DNA of 64,000 bases from an uncultured Dehalococcoidales bacterium (GTDB lineage Bacteria; Chloroflexota; Dehalococcoidia; GIF9; UBA5629): NCBI GenBank assembly GCA_964413085.1, contig CAYPRI010000001.1:719-64718 (forward strand), in the 5' to 3' direction. Position numbers and translations under genes: made by a program. The notes beneath the pieces are model-generated. The model was not told the DNA's origin. It made no database searches and worked only from the letters and a program-made list of their open reading frames with translations. How positions within the stretch are numbered: position 1 is the stretch's first letter; each line of letters opens with the position of its first letter. Of this stretch, positions 41,834 to 52,353 are shown in pieces.

Positions 41834-42778
41834 ATGGTAGAAGCAATTAAAGTCGCATACGTTTTCCCAGGACAGGAATCCCATTCAGTAGGCATGGGTT
41901 TAGACCTCTACGTACACTATGCTTCCGCCCGTGAAGTTTTTGATGAAGTTGATAAAAGCCTTGGTTTCTCCCTATCTCGACTATGCTTTGAGGGTCCTGA
42001 AGATGACCTTAAGCAGACAATCAATGTTCAACCGGCACTTTTGGCTACCAGTGTAGCCTGTTTGAGGGCAGCGCAAGAGGTGAGTAATAACGGCATACCT
42101 GAGCCAACTTTCGTTGCCGGACACGATGTAGGCATATATGCGGCTTTGGTGGCCTCCGGTGTACTTAACCTGGTTGATGCCGCGAGGTTAATTCGGGAAA
42201 GAGGCAGGTTAATGAACGAGGCCGGGCAGAGAGCAGGCGGGGGGATGGTATCAATGACCGGTCTGGATATAGAGGTCTTCAAGAATATCTGCTTTTCTAC
42301 GGGGGTTGAAATAGCATATATTGACGCCCCTGACCAGGTCACGCTCAGCGGTACACAGGAAAACCTGACAAAAGCCCGGAGATTAGCCCAAATAAAAGGC
42401 GCCCGCCGCATTGTCCCGCTGCGTGTGAACGGTCCCTTTAATTCCATCTTGATGGAGCCAGCTATTGAAAGACTCAGAAATGCCATCTCGGAATTCACCT
42501 TCAATAAGCCAGCTGTTCCCGTTGTGGCCAATGTAACTGCCCAGCCTCTTACCGACCTTGAAGCTATAAAAGAAGAACTAGTCAGTCAGATTGTCCGCCC
42601 TGTTCAATGGCAACAATCCGTTGAGAACATGATAGCCAGAGGTGTCACCACTTTCTTCGAAATGGGGCCAGGTGAGATGCTGACACGGCTGATCAAACGC
42701 ATTAGCCCCGGAGCACAGGCCTTTAACATCAGTAATGCGCAAACGGTAAGTGAAATAACCAGATGGCGAAGAGGTTAA
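41834..42778 (+). CDS. fabD: Malonyl-CoA:ACP transacylase.
   Basis: GHDVG active-site motif and VFPGQESHSVGMG. Confidence 0.85.
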   Translation: MVEAIKVAYVFPGQESHSVGMGLDLYVHYASAREVFDEVDKSLGFSLSRLCFEGPEDDLKQTINVQPALLATSVACLRAAQEVSNNGIPEPTFVAGHDVGIYAALVASGVLNLVDAARLIRERGRLMNEAGQRAGGGMVSMTGLDIEVFKNICFSTGVEIAYIDAPDQVTLSGTQENLTKARRLAQIKGARRIVPLRVNGPFNSILMEPAIERLRNAISEFTFNKPAVPVVANVTAQPLTDLEAIKEELVSQIVRPVQWQQSVENMIARGVTTFFEMGPGEMLTRLIKRISPGAQAFNISNAQTVSEITRWRRG

Positions 42779-42976
42779 GCACTGCGTACCACAATGCGAA
42801 CAGCGCTTGAAGCGACTGATTAGCGCAGATAGCCTATACTGAACCATAGCTTGTCCATCGTCTTGCTACTTGCAGCATTTGACCCGTGGCTTTATTATTA
42901 GTTTAGTACCCTTAAGTCAATATCAGGTTTAACCCCAAAGTTCTATTAACAGACTGACGCTAACACGAGCATTATA

Positions 42977-43429
42977 ATGGTTGGAATTAGACGGAAGGCT
43001 AGAATTATTGCATTGCAGGCTCTTTATGAACTCGACTGTTCATCTCATCAACCAGATGAGGCACTGGCGCGCTTGCTTGATGAGAAACCTCTTCCCGACG
43101 ACGCAGCAGCATTCGCCAGAAGCCTGATGAACGGAGTCTTGAAGAACAGAAAAGATATCGATGATATTATTCGAAGATTCGCTCCGGCTTTCCCAGTCGA
43201 GCAAATTGCTTCTATAGACAGGAATATCCTCCGCCTTGCCATTTTTGAGATTTTATTCGATAATAGAGTTCCAGTGAAAGCAGCTATTAATGAAGCGGTT
43301 GAACTCGCTAAAAGCTTCGGCAGTGACACTTCTCAAAGATTTGTAAACGGCGTTTTGGGTTCTGTGGCTTCAAATTATGTTGACCAAGCAAGACAACAGC
43401 AATCTGCTGAAAAATCTAAACCAGCGTAG
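42977..43429 (+). CDS. nusB: Transcription antitermination factor NusB.
   Basis: ARIIALQALYEL...DRNILRLAIFEI. Confidence 0.8.
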   Translation: MVGIRRKARIIALQALYELDCSSHQPDEALARLLDEKPLPDDAAAFARSLMNGVLKNRKDIDDIIRRFAPAFPVEQIASIDRNILRLAIFEILFDNRVPVKAAINEAVELAKSFGSDTSQRFVNGVLGSVASNYVDQARQQQSAEKSKPA

Positions 43430-43447
43430 TTCTGTTTAAGGGAACAA

Positions 43448-43705
43448 ATGACAGACATCTCGGAAAAACTGAAGAAAATGCTCGCCGACCAACTCGGGGT
43501 GGACGAAGACCTTATAGTACCTTCGGCGTCGTTTGTTGATGACTTGAACGTCGACGCTTCGGACCTGGCTGAACTAATCACCACGCTGGAGCAAGAATTC
43601 AGCACACCGAAACGCAAACTGGAAATATCAGACGAAGATATCGAAAAAATCGCTACCGTCCAGGATTTAGTTGACTGTCTTCACGACTACGGTATAGAAA
43701 TATAG
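43448..43705 (+). CDS. acpP: Acyl carrier protein.
   Basis: 85 aa with an LGVDE...DLNVDASDLAELI phosphopantetheine-attachment region. Confidence 0.8.
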   Translation: MTDISEKLKKMLADQLGVDEDLIVPSASFVDDLNVDASDLAELITTLEQEFSTPKRKLEISDEDIEKIATVQDLVDCLHDYGIEI

Positions 43706-43733
43706 ATTCCTGGCACGGCCGCACTAGTGTTAC

Positions 43734-46700
43734 CTAAACTGCCTGTACCGACAACAGACTTCTCACCAGTTCCATAAGTATATCTTCCCATCTTCTGCCT
43801 AATATCTTTATGTCAAGTTTTATTCTATCCCTGCCCACTCTGACACCAGCTTTAGTATCAGGTGACAGGGCCAGCCTGCTCAAATCCCTTCCGGGGTAGA
43901 AATTAAGGACAATCTGTTTATTTTCCGTGGAAATAGACTCGATATTAGCTTCGGTTGCCAGCTGCTTTAATTCGACGATATAAAGAAGATTTGCCAGCTC
44001 TTCCGGAGGTGAGCCGAATCTATCATTGAGCTCCCGCTTAATATCATCAATTTCCTGAGGCTTCTTTATTACGGCTAGACGCTGATAGAAACCGAGTCTG
44101 GCAGTTAAGTCCGGCATATATTCTTCCGAAATAAAGGCAGGTAAAGGCAGGTTTACGGATATGGCTGAAGGATATATACCCTCCTCCTTTTTTACAGCAC
44201 CACCTTGTTTGAGTTCTTCTACAGCCTCGCTTAATAGCCGGCTGTAAAGGTCGAAGCCCACTGCAGCAATATAGCCGCTTTGTTCCACGCCGAGCAGATT
44301 CCCAGCACCGCGAATCTCGAGGTCCTTCATGGCAATGGCAAATCCAGCCCCGAGCTCGGTTGCCTCCGAAATAGTCTTTAAACGCTTGCGGGCCTCTGGT
44401 GTTAAGCGCTTCCACCTATTATAGAAGAAATACGCGTAAGCACTGCTGGTACCACGACCCACACGACCTCGCAGTTGATAAAGCTGTGTCAGCCCCAACC
44501 TGTCTGCCTGATCCACAACCAGCGTATTGGCGTTAGGTATATCCAACCCTGATTCAATAATTGTTGTCGTAACCAAAATATCGGTTTGATGATTGATAAA
44601 CTCTGCCATTATTTTTTCCAGTTCCTCCTCATGCATGCGGCCATGAGCGATTGAAATCCGACCTTCTGGCACAAGCCTGCTTACCCTACCACTCACCATG
44701 GAAATACTATGGACACGGTTATGAACAAAAAACACCTGACCGTTTCTTTCAATCTCACGTAGTAAAGCTTCACGCAGCAGCCTGTCATCGTAAGCGCCTA
44801 CATAAGTTTTTATCGGCAAGCGTTCTTCAGGAGGAGTCTCAATTGTGCTCATATCCCTTACTCCGGCGAGAGACATATGCAGAGTACGGGGTATTGGTGT
44901 GGCGCTCAAGGTCAAAACGTCTATTTCTCGCCTTAGCTTTTTAAAGTGTTCTTTATGTGCCACTCCGAAACGCTGCTCTTCATCAATAATGACAAGCCCG
45001 AGGTCCTTAAACAGGACGTCTTTTTGCAGCAAACGATGTGTGCCGATACATATATCGACAGTCCCGGCTGCTATACCGGCAACTATATCCGCCTGCTCCT
45101 TTTCTGTACGGAATCGGCTCAACATCTCCACTTTCACGGGAAACGCCTGTAGTCTTTCCTGGAAGGTAACATAGTGCTGCTGCGCTAAAATAGTTGTTGG
45201 CACAAGTAGGGCTACCTGCTTGCCATCCATCACCGCTTTAAAAGCAGCCCGAAGCGCCACCTCTGTCTTACCATAACCTACATCTCCACAGACAAGTCGG
45301 TCCATAGGCTTCGGCTTCTCCATATCCTCCTTTACCGCCGCAACCGCCTCCAATTGGTCCGCGGTTTCCACATAAGGGAAAGATGATTCAAGTTCCTGCT
45401 GCCACAGTGTATCAGGCGAATACGCAAATCCTGGTATTACTTCTCTGGCTGCGTATAGATCGAGCAACTCTCGGGCTATTTTAGTTACAGATTCCTTGAT
45501 TCGCTGCTTGGTACGGGCCCACTCTTGAGTTCCCAGTCGACTTAAAGTCGGTGTTCTGTCACTGGCTCCAACGTAGCGGCTGACGCAATCAACCTGGTCT
45601 GTAGGTACGTAAAGCCTGTCACCGGCAGCGTATTCCAGAATCAGATATTCCCTCTCAACGCCCTCGGTAATTATCTTGGTTAAACCACCGAACCTGGCAA
45701 TACCATGATCAATGTGAACTACGAATTCACCAGGTGTTAATTCGGGAATAAATAGATGATAGCGCACCGGTCTTTTACTTGATAAACGTCGCTTTTTTAC
45801 AAAACCAAAAACTTCGTTATCTGTAAATATGGTAAGTGTGTTCTTCATTAACCAGCCTTCGGTTAAAGAACCGTGTACTAATGTAATTGATTTAACCAGT
45901 GGCACCTGTTGAATTTCCAAAACCGAACTGGCCGTGATATCTTGTTCCTGCAGTAGTTCTGCCAGACGATTGGTTTGCTGACTAACCACAACGATGCGAT
46001 TTTCTTCTTGTAGCAACTGCTTCAATCCCTTACAGAAGGCATCAAGCCTACCGCCATAGCTAGGCACCGGTAATAAAGGTAACTGAACGGAAGACATACC
46101 AGTATTGTCCACGTTCCAGGGATAAAGCATTAAACGTCTCCGTACACGATTTATCTTCGGTTCGAATTGAGACCAGGACAGAACAGGCAAAGGCGAAATT
46201 TTCATTGTCCCGCGCCCTGCTTGCTTAACTTCTTCAGCTTCTGCGTATAGCTTATCTATTACCAGCTTTAGCTCATCATAGTCATCTGTAACTAAAAGCG
46301 CGTTTTCACCTATATAATCCAAAATCGTGCCTTTGGCGATAATTTGTGGGAATTCTTTAGCCGGTACAATGTTTACAGATGGTGCCAGCTTTAACGACCG
46401 CTGTGTCGATGGACCAAACAGTCTGATGCTTTCAACCTTGTTGCCTACAAGCTCTATTCTCGAGGGAAACTCACTATCCGGGGGAAAAATGTCTACTATG
46501 CCTCCACGACGGCTGACCGTTCCTGGTATCTCCACCACATTTTCAAATTCATAACCCATGTCCCGCCATTTTGCCATTGTCTTTAGTAGGTCGATTTGCA
46601 TGCCAATTTCTAATCTATGACAGGATGCCCGGAATGTATCAGGTAACATAGTTATCCCTGCTGCCGCCAAAGCGGAACTGACAATTATGGGACATGGTCG

Positions 46701-47069
46701 GTTTTTTATATCAGTATCGCAAAAAGTCAGGGCTGAGAGAGTCTTCAATCTTTCCACCGTGGTTGCTACATCAGATGCCGATTCCTCTAATAAGAAGTCT
46801 TTTTCCGGGAAAAAGTGAAGAGACGCCAAATCGCGGGACCAGGATTGTAACTCATCACAAAGCCGCCTGGCATTTTCTGGCTGAGCCGAGACCACTAAAA
46901 TGGGCAAGTTTAGACGTTCACGCAGAGCAGCTATCAGAAAAGGCCTGACCGCATCGACTGCTACAAGTTTGGTCATCCCATGCTTTATTAATGTGTCTTC
47001 AAGTCGTCTATACGACGGGATGTTTTCAATTAAATTAATTAGAATCGATAGGTCCATTCCAAACACCAA
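43734..47069 (-). CDS. mfd: Transcription-repair coupling factor Mfd.
   Basis: 1111 aa with the RNAP-interacting domain and SF2 helicase motifs ([18 protein letters not shown]) and the TRCF C-terminal domain. Confidence 0.9.
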   Translation of the reverse strand: MVFGMDLSILINLIENIPSYRRLEDTLIKHGMTKLVAVDAVRPFLIAALRERLNLPILVVSAQPENARRLCDELQSWSRDLASLHFFPEKDFLLEESASDVATTVERLKTLSALTFCDTDIKNRPCPIIVSSALAAAGITMLPDTFRASCHRLEIGMQIDLLKTMAKWRDMGYEFENVVEIPGTVSRRGGIVDIFPPDSEFPSRIELVGNKVESIRLFGPSTQRSLKLAPSVNIVPAKEFPQIIAKGTILDYIGENALLVTDDYDELKLVIDKLYAEAEEVKQAGRGTMKISPLPVLSWSQFEPKINRVRRRLMLYPWNVDNTGMSSVQLPLLPVPSYGGRLDAFCKGLKQLLQEENRIVVVSQQTNRLAELLQEQDITASSVLEIQQVPLVKSITLVHGSLTEGWLMKNTLTIFTDNEVFGFVKKRRLSSKRPVRYHLFIPELTPGEFVVHIDHGIARFGGLTKIITEGVEREYLILEYAAGDRLYVPTDQVDCVSRYVGASDRTPTLSRLGTQEWARTKQRIKESVTKIARELLDLYAAREVIPGFAYSPDTLWQQELESSFPYVETADQLEAVAAVKEDMEKPKPMDRLVCGDVGYGKTEVALRAAFKAVMDGKQVALLVPTTILAQQHYVTFQERLQAFPVKVEMLSRFRTEKEQADIVAGIAAGTVDICIGTHRLLQKDVLFKDLGLVIIDEEQRFGVAHKEHFKKLRREIDVLTLSATPIPRTLHMSLAGVRDMSTIETPPEERLPIKTYVGAYDDRLLREALLREIERNGQVFFVHNRVHSISMVSGRVSRLVPEGRISIAHGRMHEEELEKIMAEFINHQTDILVTTTIIESGLDIPNANTLVVDQADRLGLTQLYQLRGRVGRGTSSAYAYFFYNRWKRLTPEARKRLKTISEATELGAGFAIAMKDLEIRGAGNLLGVEQSGYIAAVGFDLYSRLLSEAVEELKQGGAVKKEEGIYPSAISVNLPLPAFISEEYMPDLTARLGFYQRLAVIKKPQEIDDIKRELNDRFGSPPEELANLLYIVELKQLATEANIESISTENKQIVLNFYPGRDLSRLALSPDTKAGVRVGRDRIKLDIKILGRRWEDILMELVRSLLSVQAV

Positions 47070-47217
47070 TAGGGCTAGCGACTTCCAAATGGGTAGTCAA
47101 GACTAGCCCTGGTGGAATTTTAACATAGGTTAATTCGACCAAACAAAATACTGAGACATTGCCTTAAGGGCCATGTACAGCTATAATTTGCAGGCATGTC
47201 AAAGCTAAGGAGTAACC

Positions 47218-48099
47218 ATGGCATACAGAAAACTACTTGTTCCCCTTGATGGTTCTGAACTTGCGGAAAGGGCTATTCCGTACGCTAAGGCAATTGCCCA
47301 GGTAAGGGACAGTGAAGTCATACTCTTCACTTCGAGTATCGCTTCCGCTGAGCAGTTAGACCGGCCCATGAAGGCTTACCTGGAGCTGAAGACAAAAGAA
47401 CTGCGATCCCAAGGCATCAAAGCATCGTCCGCAGTAGCCTATGGAATTGTGGCGGATTCAATCGTCAATTTCGCCGACAAGAACAAAATTGACCTTATAA
47501 TTATTTCGACTCATGGATACTCCGGAATAAAGCGATGGGTTTTGGGGAGCGTCGCCAGAAAGGTGCTTTATGGCACCAGCGTTCAGGTCCTGCTAATAAA
47601 ATCTAAGGCGCCGCAGGTGTCTGAGGTAACGCTTGGGAAAATATTACTTCCTCTGGACGGCTCACCTTTCTCTGAAAGCCCCATATACTTCATCAAGCAG
47701 CTCACGAAAGGCACTGATGCCGAGATTTTTTTAACTCTGGTGTGCGAGCCTCCTTTAGTACCTTCCTATGGAGACCATCCAATCAATCCGACGTGGGAAA
47801 AACATAGGGATGCCGTGTGGGCGGAAGAAAAACAGCAGGCTTCGGAATATTTAGAAAAGATGGAAGCAAAACTTCGAAAAGATGGAATGAAGGTCAAGTC
47901 GCGAGTCATTCCCGGTGAACTTGGGCGCGTAGCTGAGGCAATTTTACGGGAAGGCCAAAAAGAAACTATAGATTTAATAACTATGGCAACGCACGGCCGC
48001 TCTGCGGTCAGCCGATGGGTCTATGGGGGTACAGCTAATCGAATTGTGGAGCAATCGCTTCAACCGGTCTTACTTATCCGCCCAGCGGTGCCAAAATAG
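47218..48099 (+). CDS. Tandem universal stress protein (two UspA domains).
   Basis: Two USP repeats, each ending in a G-rich ATP-binding loop (THGYSGIKRWVLGSVA / THGRSAVSRWVYGGTA). Confidence 0.8.
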   Translation: MAYRKLLVPLDGSELAERAIPYAKAIAQVRDSEVILFTSSIASAEQLDRPMKAYLELKTKELRSQGIKASSAVAYGIVADSIVNFADKNKIDLIIISTHGYSGIKRWVLGSVARKVLYGTSVQVLLIKSKAPQVSEVTLGKILLPLDGSPFSESPIYFIKQLTKGTDAEIFLTLVCEPPLVPSYGDHPINPTWEKHRDAVWAEEKQQASEYLEKMEAKLRKDGMKVKSRVIPGELGRVAEAILREGQKETIDLITMATHGRSAVSRWVYGGTANRIVEQSLQPVLLIRPAVPK

Positions 48100-48138
48100 T
48101 TGTAGAGATCTTTTACCACGCTACAACCTTACCTGATT

Positions 48139-49710
48139 TCATATAGCCGGTGCCTCAATGGTTACTATTGTGCCCTTGTCAGGCCCGGAGTTCACCTTCA
48201 ATTTGCCACCTATTAACTGGACCCGTTCTTGCATTCCAGCTAAACCCAACCTACCCTGTTTGACCAAGTCGCCAGTTGTCTCTGGAATACAAAATCCCTT
48301 TCCGTCGTCTCTAATAGTTATTCTAATCAACTCTTCACTGAATTCGACAGCAACTTCGGCATTAGTCGCCCTGGAATGCCTTAAGGTATTCATTAAGGAC
48401 TCTTGAGCGATACGGAAAAGGCATAGTTCTACCTCGGGAGAAAATCGTCGACTAACACCTCGCATTGTTACCTCAATATTAATCTTTGAGCGCCTGCTGA
48501 GATCTGAAGCAAGCCATTCCAGTGCCGGTAACAAGCCAAGCCGGTCTAATGTTGGGGGCCGCAGATCCTGGCTCAGTCGTCTTACGTTTGCCATAATGTC
48601 ATCAGCTTGTTTACGTAAATTATCAAGCAGGCGCCTCTTGTCAAACGGCAGATCGCCACTAACTGAAATAATGTCATCCAGCTGCCGAGCCAGTACAACT
48701 AACGACTGAATCGTCTCATCATGAAGCTCGCGTGCAATACGTTTGCGTTCTTCTTCCTGAGCCAATGTAATTTGGCCAAGGTAAAAACGTAAGCTTTCCT
48801 GCATATGCTTCTCTTCCGTAACATCTCTGGCAATATGTTGAAATCCGACAGCTTTGCCGTTAACCTCCACTACATCTGTGGTCAATTTTAGAATCGCTTC
48901 AACCCTGTCCTTAGTAATTAACCTCTGCTCATAAGGTTGCGAGACAGCTCTTTTGTTTAGAAGTCGGTTTCGTATTTCCTTCGCCAGGTGTAAGCTATCC
49001 TCGGACAGAAAGGATTTAACGTTCATTCGGCATAATTCTTCCACTTCATAGCCTGTAAGTTTGGAGGCAGCAATATTGGCGGAACTGATATTTCCATCCA
49101 TATCATGCACCCATATCGCGTCATGGGCATTCTGAAATAAAGTCCGATACCTCTTTTCAGATAGACGCAATTTCGATACGTTTTTCCGCTCTACATCGTA
49201 CAGAATTGCATTCTCAATCGCTATGCCAATTTGATTCCCCAGGTTACATAGCAGCTCGATATCATCTTGGTTAAATCGGCGCCGATTATGCGTGGCAACA
49301 CAAAGAGCCCCTGTTACCTTTCGGTTAGCTTTCAGCGGTACTAAAACCAGGGACTGTAATCCTTCGTTTTCAAATGCCATTTTGGGCAGGTTAACGTTAT
49401 TCGAGCTGTCTTCAACAATTCCGGAGAGTCCAGCTTCAGTAACCGGTTGTCTTATATCCTCCAACTTAATATCTCCAACACTGTCCACAAATGATTTCGT
49501 AACTCCTCTGTGGGCACGAAGAGCAAGGTGGCCAATCTCTTGACTAGGAAGGAAAATTAGAGCAGCATCGACATCCATTATCTCTGAGACATTGTCAACA
49601 CTGCTGCTTAGAATGTGTTTTAACTCAAGGGACTGTGAGATGGTGCTTGAGATACGTCCCAAGCTTTCCAGTTGAAGAAAATGACTGCTTTCCCGTTTAG
49701 ATAGTCTCAA
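48139..49710 (-). CDS. Sensor histidine kinase (GAF-PAS-GAF sensor, HisKA_3/NarL-type transmitter).
   Basis: H-box ARELHDETIQSL followed by HATPase_c. Confidence 0.8.
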   Translation of the reverse strand: MRLSKRESSHFLQLESLGRISSTISQSLELKHILSSSVDNVSEIMDVDAALIFLPSQEIGHLALRAHRGVTKSFVDSVGDIKLEDIRQPVTEAGLSGIVEDSSNNVNLPKMAFENEGLQSLVLVPLKANRKVTGALCVATHNRRRFNQDDIELLCNLGNQIGIAIENAILYDVERKNVSKLRLSEKRYRTLFQNAHDAIWVHDMDGNISSANIAASKLTGYEVEELCRMNVKSFLSEDSLHLAKEIRNRLLNKRAVSQPYEQRLITKDRVEAILKLTTDVVEVNGKAVGFQHIARDVTEEKHMQESLRFYLGQITLAQEEERKRIARELHDETIQSLVVLARQLDDIISVSGDLPFDKRRLLDNLRKQADDIMANVRRLSQDLRPPTLDRLGLLPALEWLASDLSRRSKINIEVTMRGVSRRFSPEVELCLFRIAQESLMNTLRHSRATNAEVAVEFSEELIRITIRDDGKGFCIPETTGDLVKQGRLGLAGMQERVQLIGGKLKVNSGPDKGTIVTIEAPAI

Positions 49711-49792
49711 AATATCTTTATGAATATATTTTTTCGCGACACGGTTTTATACATTCCACGAAGCTACATTCTGATGCTGTGTGGTAAGATTC

Positions 49793-50458
49793 TCAAGACA
49801 TATTATCGAGAGTGACCCAACCTTCTTTTAGAGCATGTACCACAGCCTCGGTCCTAGAGCTTACCCTGAGTTTATTAAATATGTTCGCCAGGTGTCCCTG
49901 GATAGTGCGCACGCTTAAACAAAGACCGTCGGCAATGTCTTTATTGCTCAAACCCTTGGTTACCATTCTTAATACTTCCATTTCTCGTTCAGTAAGCAGG
50001 TCTAATGACTTCTTATCGCGCTGCTTGCCAGAAACACCAGCAAATCGATTTAAAACCTTGCGAGCTACCGAAGGATGAAGCACCGACTCTCCGGCATGAA
50101 CTGCTCTAATAGCATCGACTATCTCTAGGCCACGGACACTCTTCAATAGGTATCCTGCAGCACCTGCTTCCAACAGGCCGAATATAAATTGGTCATCATC
50201 ATAGGCACTCAATACTAGTACCGCTACGGCAGGACATTGGGCCTTTATACGCCGGGTGGCTTCAATACCATCCAATCGAGGCATGGCCACATCCACCAGC
50301 ACTACATCCGGCTTTAAATCACAGGAAAGTTTCACTGCTTCCTCACCATCGCCAGCCTCCGCCACTACCTCTAAATCAGGTTCTTGTTCTAATATTCGAC
50401 GTGTTCCCTCACGTACGAATGCGTGATCGTCTGCTATCAATATCCTGATGTTGTCCAT
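49793..50458 (-). CDS. NarL/LuxR-family response regulator.
   Basis: REC domain (ILIADDH) and a C-terminal LuxR HTH. Start at MDNIRIL (50458) rather than the longer track ORF at 50554. Confidence 0.8.
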   Translation of the reverse strand: MDNIRILIADDHAFVREGTRRILEQEPDLEVVAEAGDGEEAVKLSCDLKPDVVLVDVAMPRLDGIEATRRIKAQCPAVAVLVLSAYDDDQFIFGLLEAGAAGYLLKSVRGLEIVDAIRAVHAGESVLHPSVARKVLNRFAGVSGKQRDKKSLDLLTEREMEVLRMVTKGLSNKDIADGLCLSVRTIQGHLANIFNKLRVSSRTEAVVHALKEGWVTLDNMS

Positions 50459-50811
50459 ACAGTCGATTCTACCGAGGCTCATTATAGCAGAATTGCCCAT
50501 AAAAGCAGTAAAAATTGGATTCATGGTAGGCATAATTACGTGCTCCAGCTTCACTCGCTAAGCTTTAACTACAAAATAAAATAAGCATTGTAACGGACGT
50601 TAATAGCCTCTTACGTATGTTACACTTACGCTGGGGGAAAATAAGGCAGTTCCACACATAGGGTGAATCCACCTGAGTGTGAGTCATCCTTTTATTTGCT
50701 CAATGGCAGGAAACAGGATTCTAAGCCTAAAAACCAGAGAAAAATAGACCTTTTGTTCATTTTATATAAAATACTAAAAGCAGTATAATTTGCGGCGAAA
50801 GTAGGTGCAGG

Positions 50812-51390
50812 ATGGAAATAAAGGTACACGGCAGCAACGACTTCATCCAAGAAATCTCTTCCATGCCCGGCGGCGAAAAAATAAACCTTTGTATCCAATG
50901 CGGTACCTGTTCGGCATCGTGTCCTAATGCCAATAAAATGGACTACACTCCCCGCGCGTTAATTGCCATGGCACGAGCTGGCATGAGAGACGAGGTCCTA
51001 TCCAGCAACTCCATGTGGCTATGCTTATCCTGTTACATGTGCACCGTGCGCTGCCCCAGAGGCATCGTGCCGACATATATTATGCATGCCCTAGAAAATT
51101 TGGCCATGCGTCATCACGCAACCAGCCCAAAAACACGCACTCCCACACTATATAAGGTGTTCAGCAATACTGTATACAATGTGGGGCATATACCGCGATT
51201 CGGCTGCATGGGCCGGTTTTATCTCAGGGTAAATCCATTTGGCGCATTGAAAAACATCCCAGTGGCACTATCACTGTTCAAGCACGGGCGTATGCCTATT
51301 AATATGCGTAGGAAATTAAAGCCCGAGGCACTAAGTCAGTTTAAAGCTATTTTGGACAAAGCCACGATGCTGGAGGAACATCCCAAATAG
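50812..51390 (+). CDS. hdrC: Heterodisulfide reductase subunit C-like (2x[4Fe-4S]).
   Basis: CIQCGTCSASCP and CLSCYMCTVRCP. Confidence 0.8.
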   Translation: MEIKVHGSNDFIQEISSMPGGEKINLCIQCGTCSASCPNANKMDYTPRALIAMARAGMRDEVLSSNSMWLCLSCYMCTVRCPRGIVPTYIMHALENLAMRHHATSPKTRTPTLYKVFSNTVYNVGHIPRFGCMGRFYLRVNPFGALKNIPVALSLFKHGRMPINMRRKLKPEALSQFKAILDKATMLEEHPK

Positions 51391-51464
51391 AAGTAGCTGA
51401 AAATATATATAGAATGTCGAATGTAAACAAATGAAGATATGGCTAGCTCATCGGGAGGCAAGTA

Positions 51465-52343
51465 ATGAAATATTATAGTTATTTCCCAGGCTGCTGTATG
51501 TATGAAGATAGTCAGGCATATGACCTGTCGGCGCGAGCCGTTTCTAAGCTCCTAGACATCGAGCTTATCGAGCTTGAGGACTGGAATTGCTGCGGTTCTA
51601 CCCCTTATACAGTTGTTGACGAACTGTCTGCTTTTTGTTGCTGTGCCCGAAACTTGGCATTAGCTGAAAAACGAGGGCTTGATTTGGTGGCAGCCTGTAG
51701 CGATTGCTATCTCATACTCAGCCGGACAAATCAACACTTTAAGGAATATCCCGAGGTAAAGAAAAAACTAAGCGAGTCTCTGGCTGCAGGTGGGCTGGAG
51801 TATAACGGCACAATTAAAGTGCGACATATACTAGATGTCTTTGCCAACGATGTGAGCAGTGAAGATATCAAAGCCACGGTCAAAGTTGACCTTGGCAGCC
51901 TGAAAGTTGCTCCCTATTATGGCTGTCAGGCAGTGAGGCCGACACCGAACTTCGATGACCCCGAATATCCTGAGTCAATGGACAGGATGGTGGTAAGCAT
52001 CGGAGCCCAGGTTGTGCCGTATCCGCTCAAAACCCGCTGCTGTGGCGGTTCCCTAATTTTATCTGAACAAGATGTTGCTTTAGGACTTATATATAAACTT
52101 CTAGATAACGCTATAAGCAACGGAGCAGATTGCATTGTTACCGTGTGCCCATTTTGTCACCTAAATTTAGATGCCTACCAGAGTGTGGTGAACAAAAAGT
52201 ACAAAACTAACTTCAATATACCGATTCTATTCTTTACACAACTGATGGGAATGGCTTTTGGCATTGAGAGTAAAGCGCTGGGTTTACGAGAAAATATTGT
52301 TCCTATAGGTAAAACATTAGCGAGATACATAACCCAACAATAA
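51465..52343 (+). CDS. hdrB: Heterodisulfide reductase subunit B-like (two CCG domains).
   Basis: CCG motifs (WNCCGS, TRCCGGS). Confidence 0.8.
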   Translation: MKYYSYFPGCCMYEDSQAYDLSARAVSKLLDIELIELEDWNCCGSTPYTVVDELSAFCCCARNLALAEKRGLDLVAACSDCYLILSRTNQHFKEYPEVKKKLSESLAAGGLEYNGTIKVRHILDVFANDVSSEDIKATVKVDLGSLKVAPYYGCQAVRPTPNFDDPEYPESMDRMVVSIGAQVVPYPLKTRCCGGSLILSEQDVALGLIYKLLDNAISNGADCIVTVCPFCHLNLDAYQSVVNKKYKTNFNIPILFFTQLMGMAFGIESKALGLRENIVPIGKTLARYITQQ

Positions 52344-52353
52344 GGAGGAGCGA

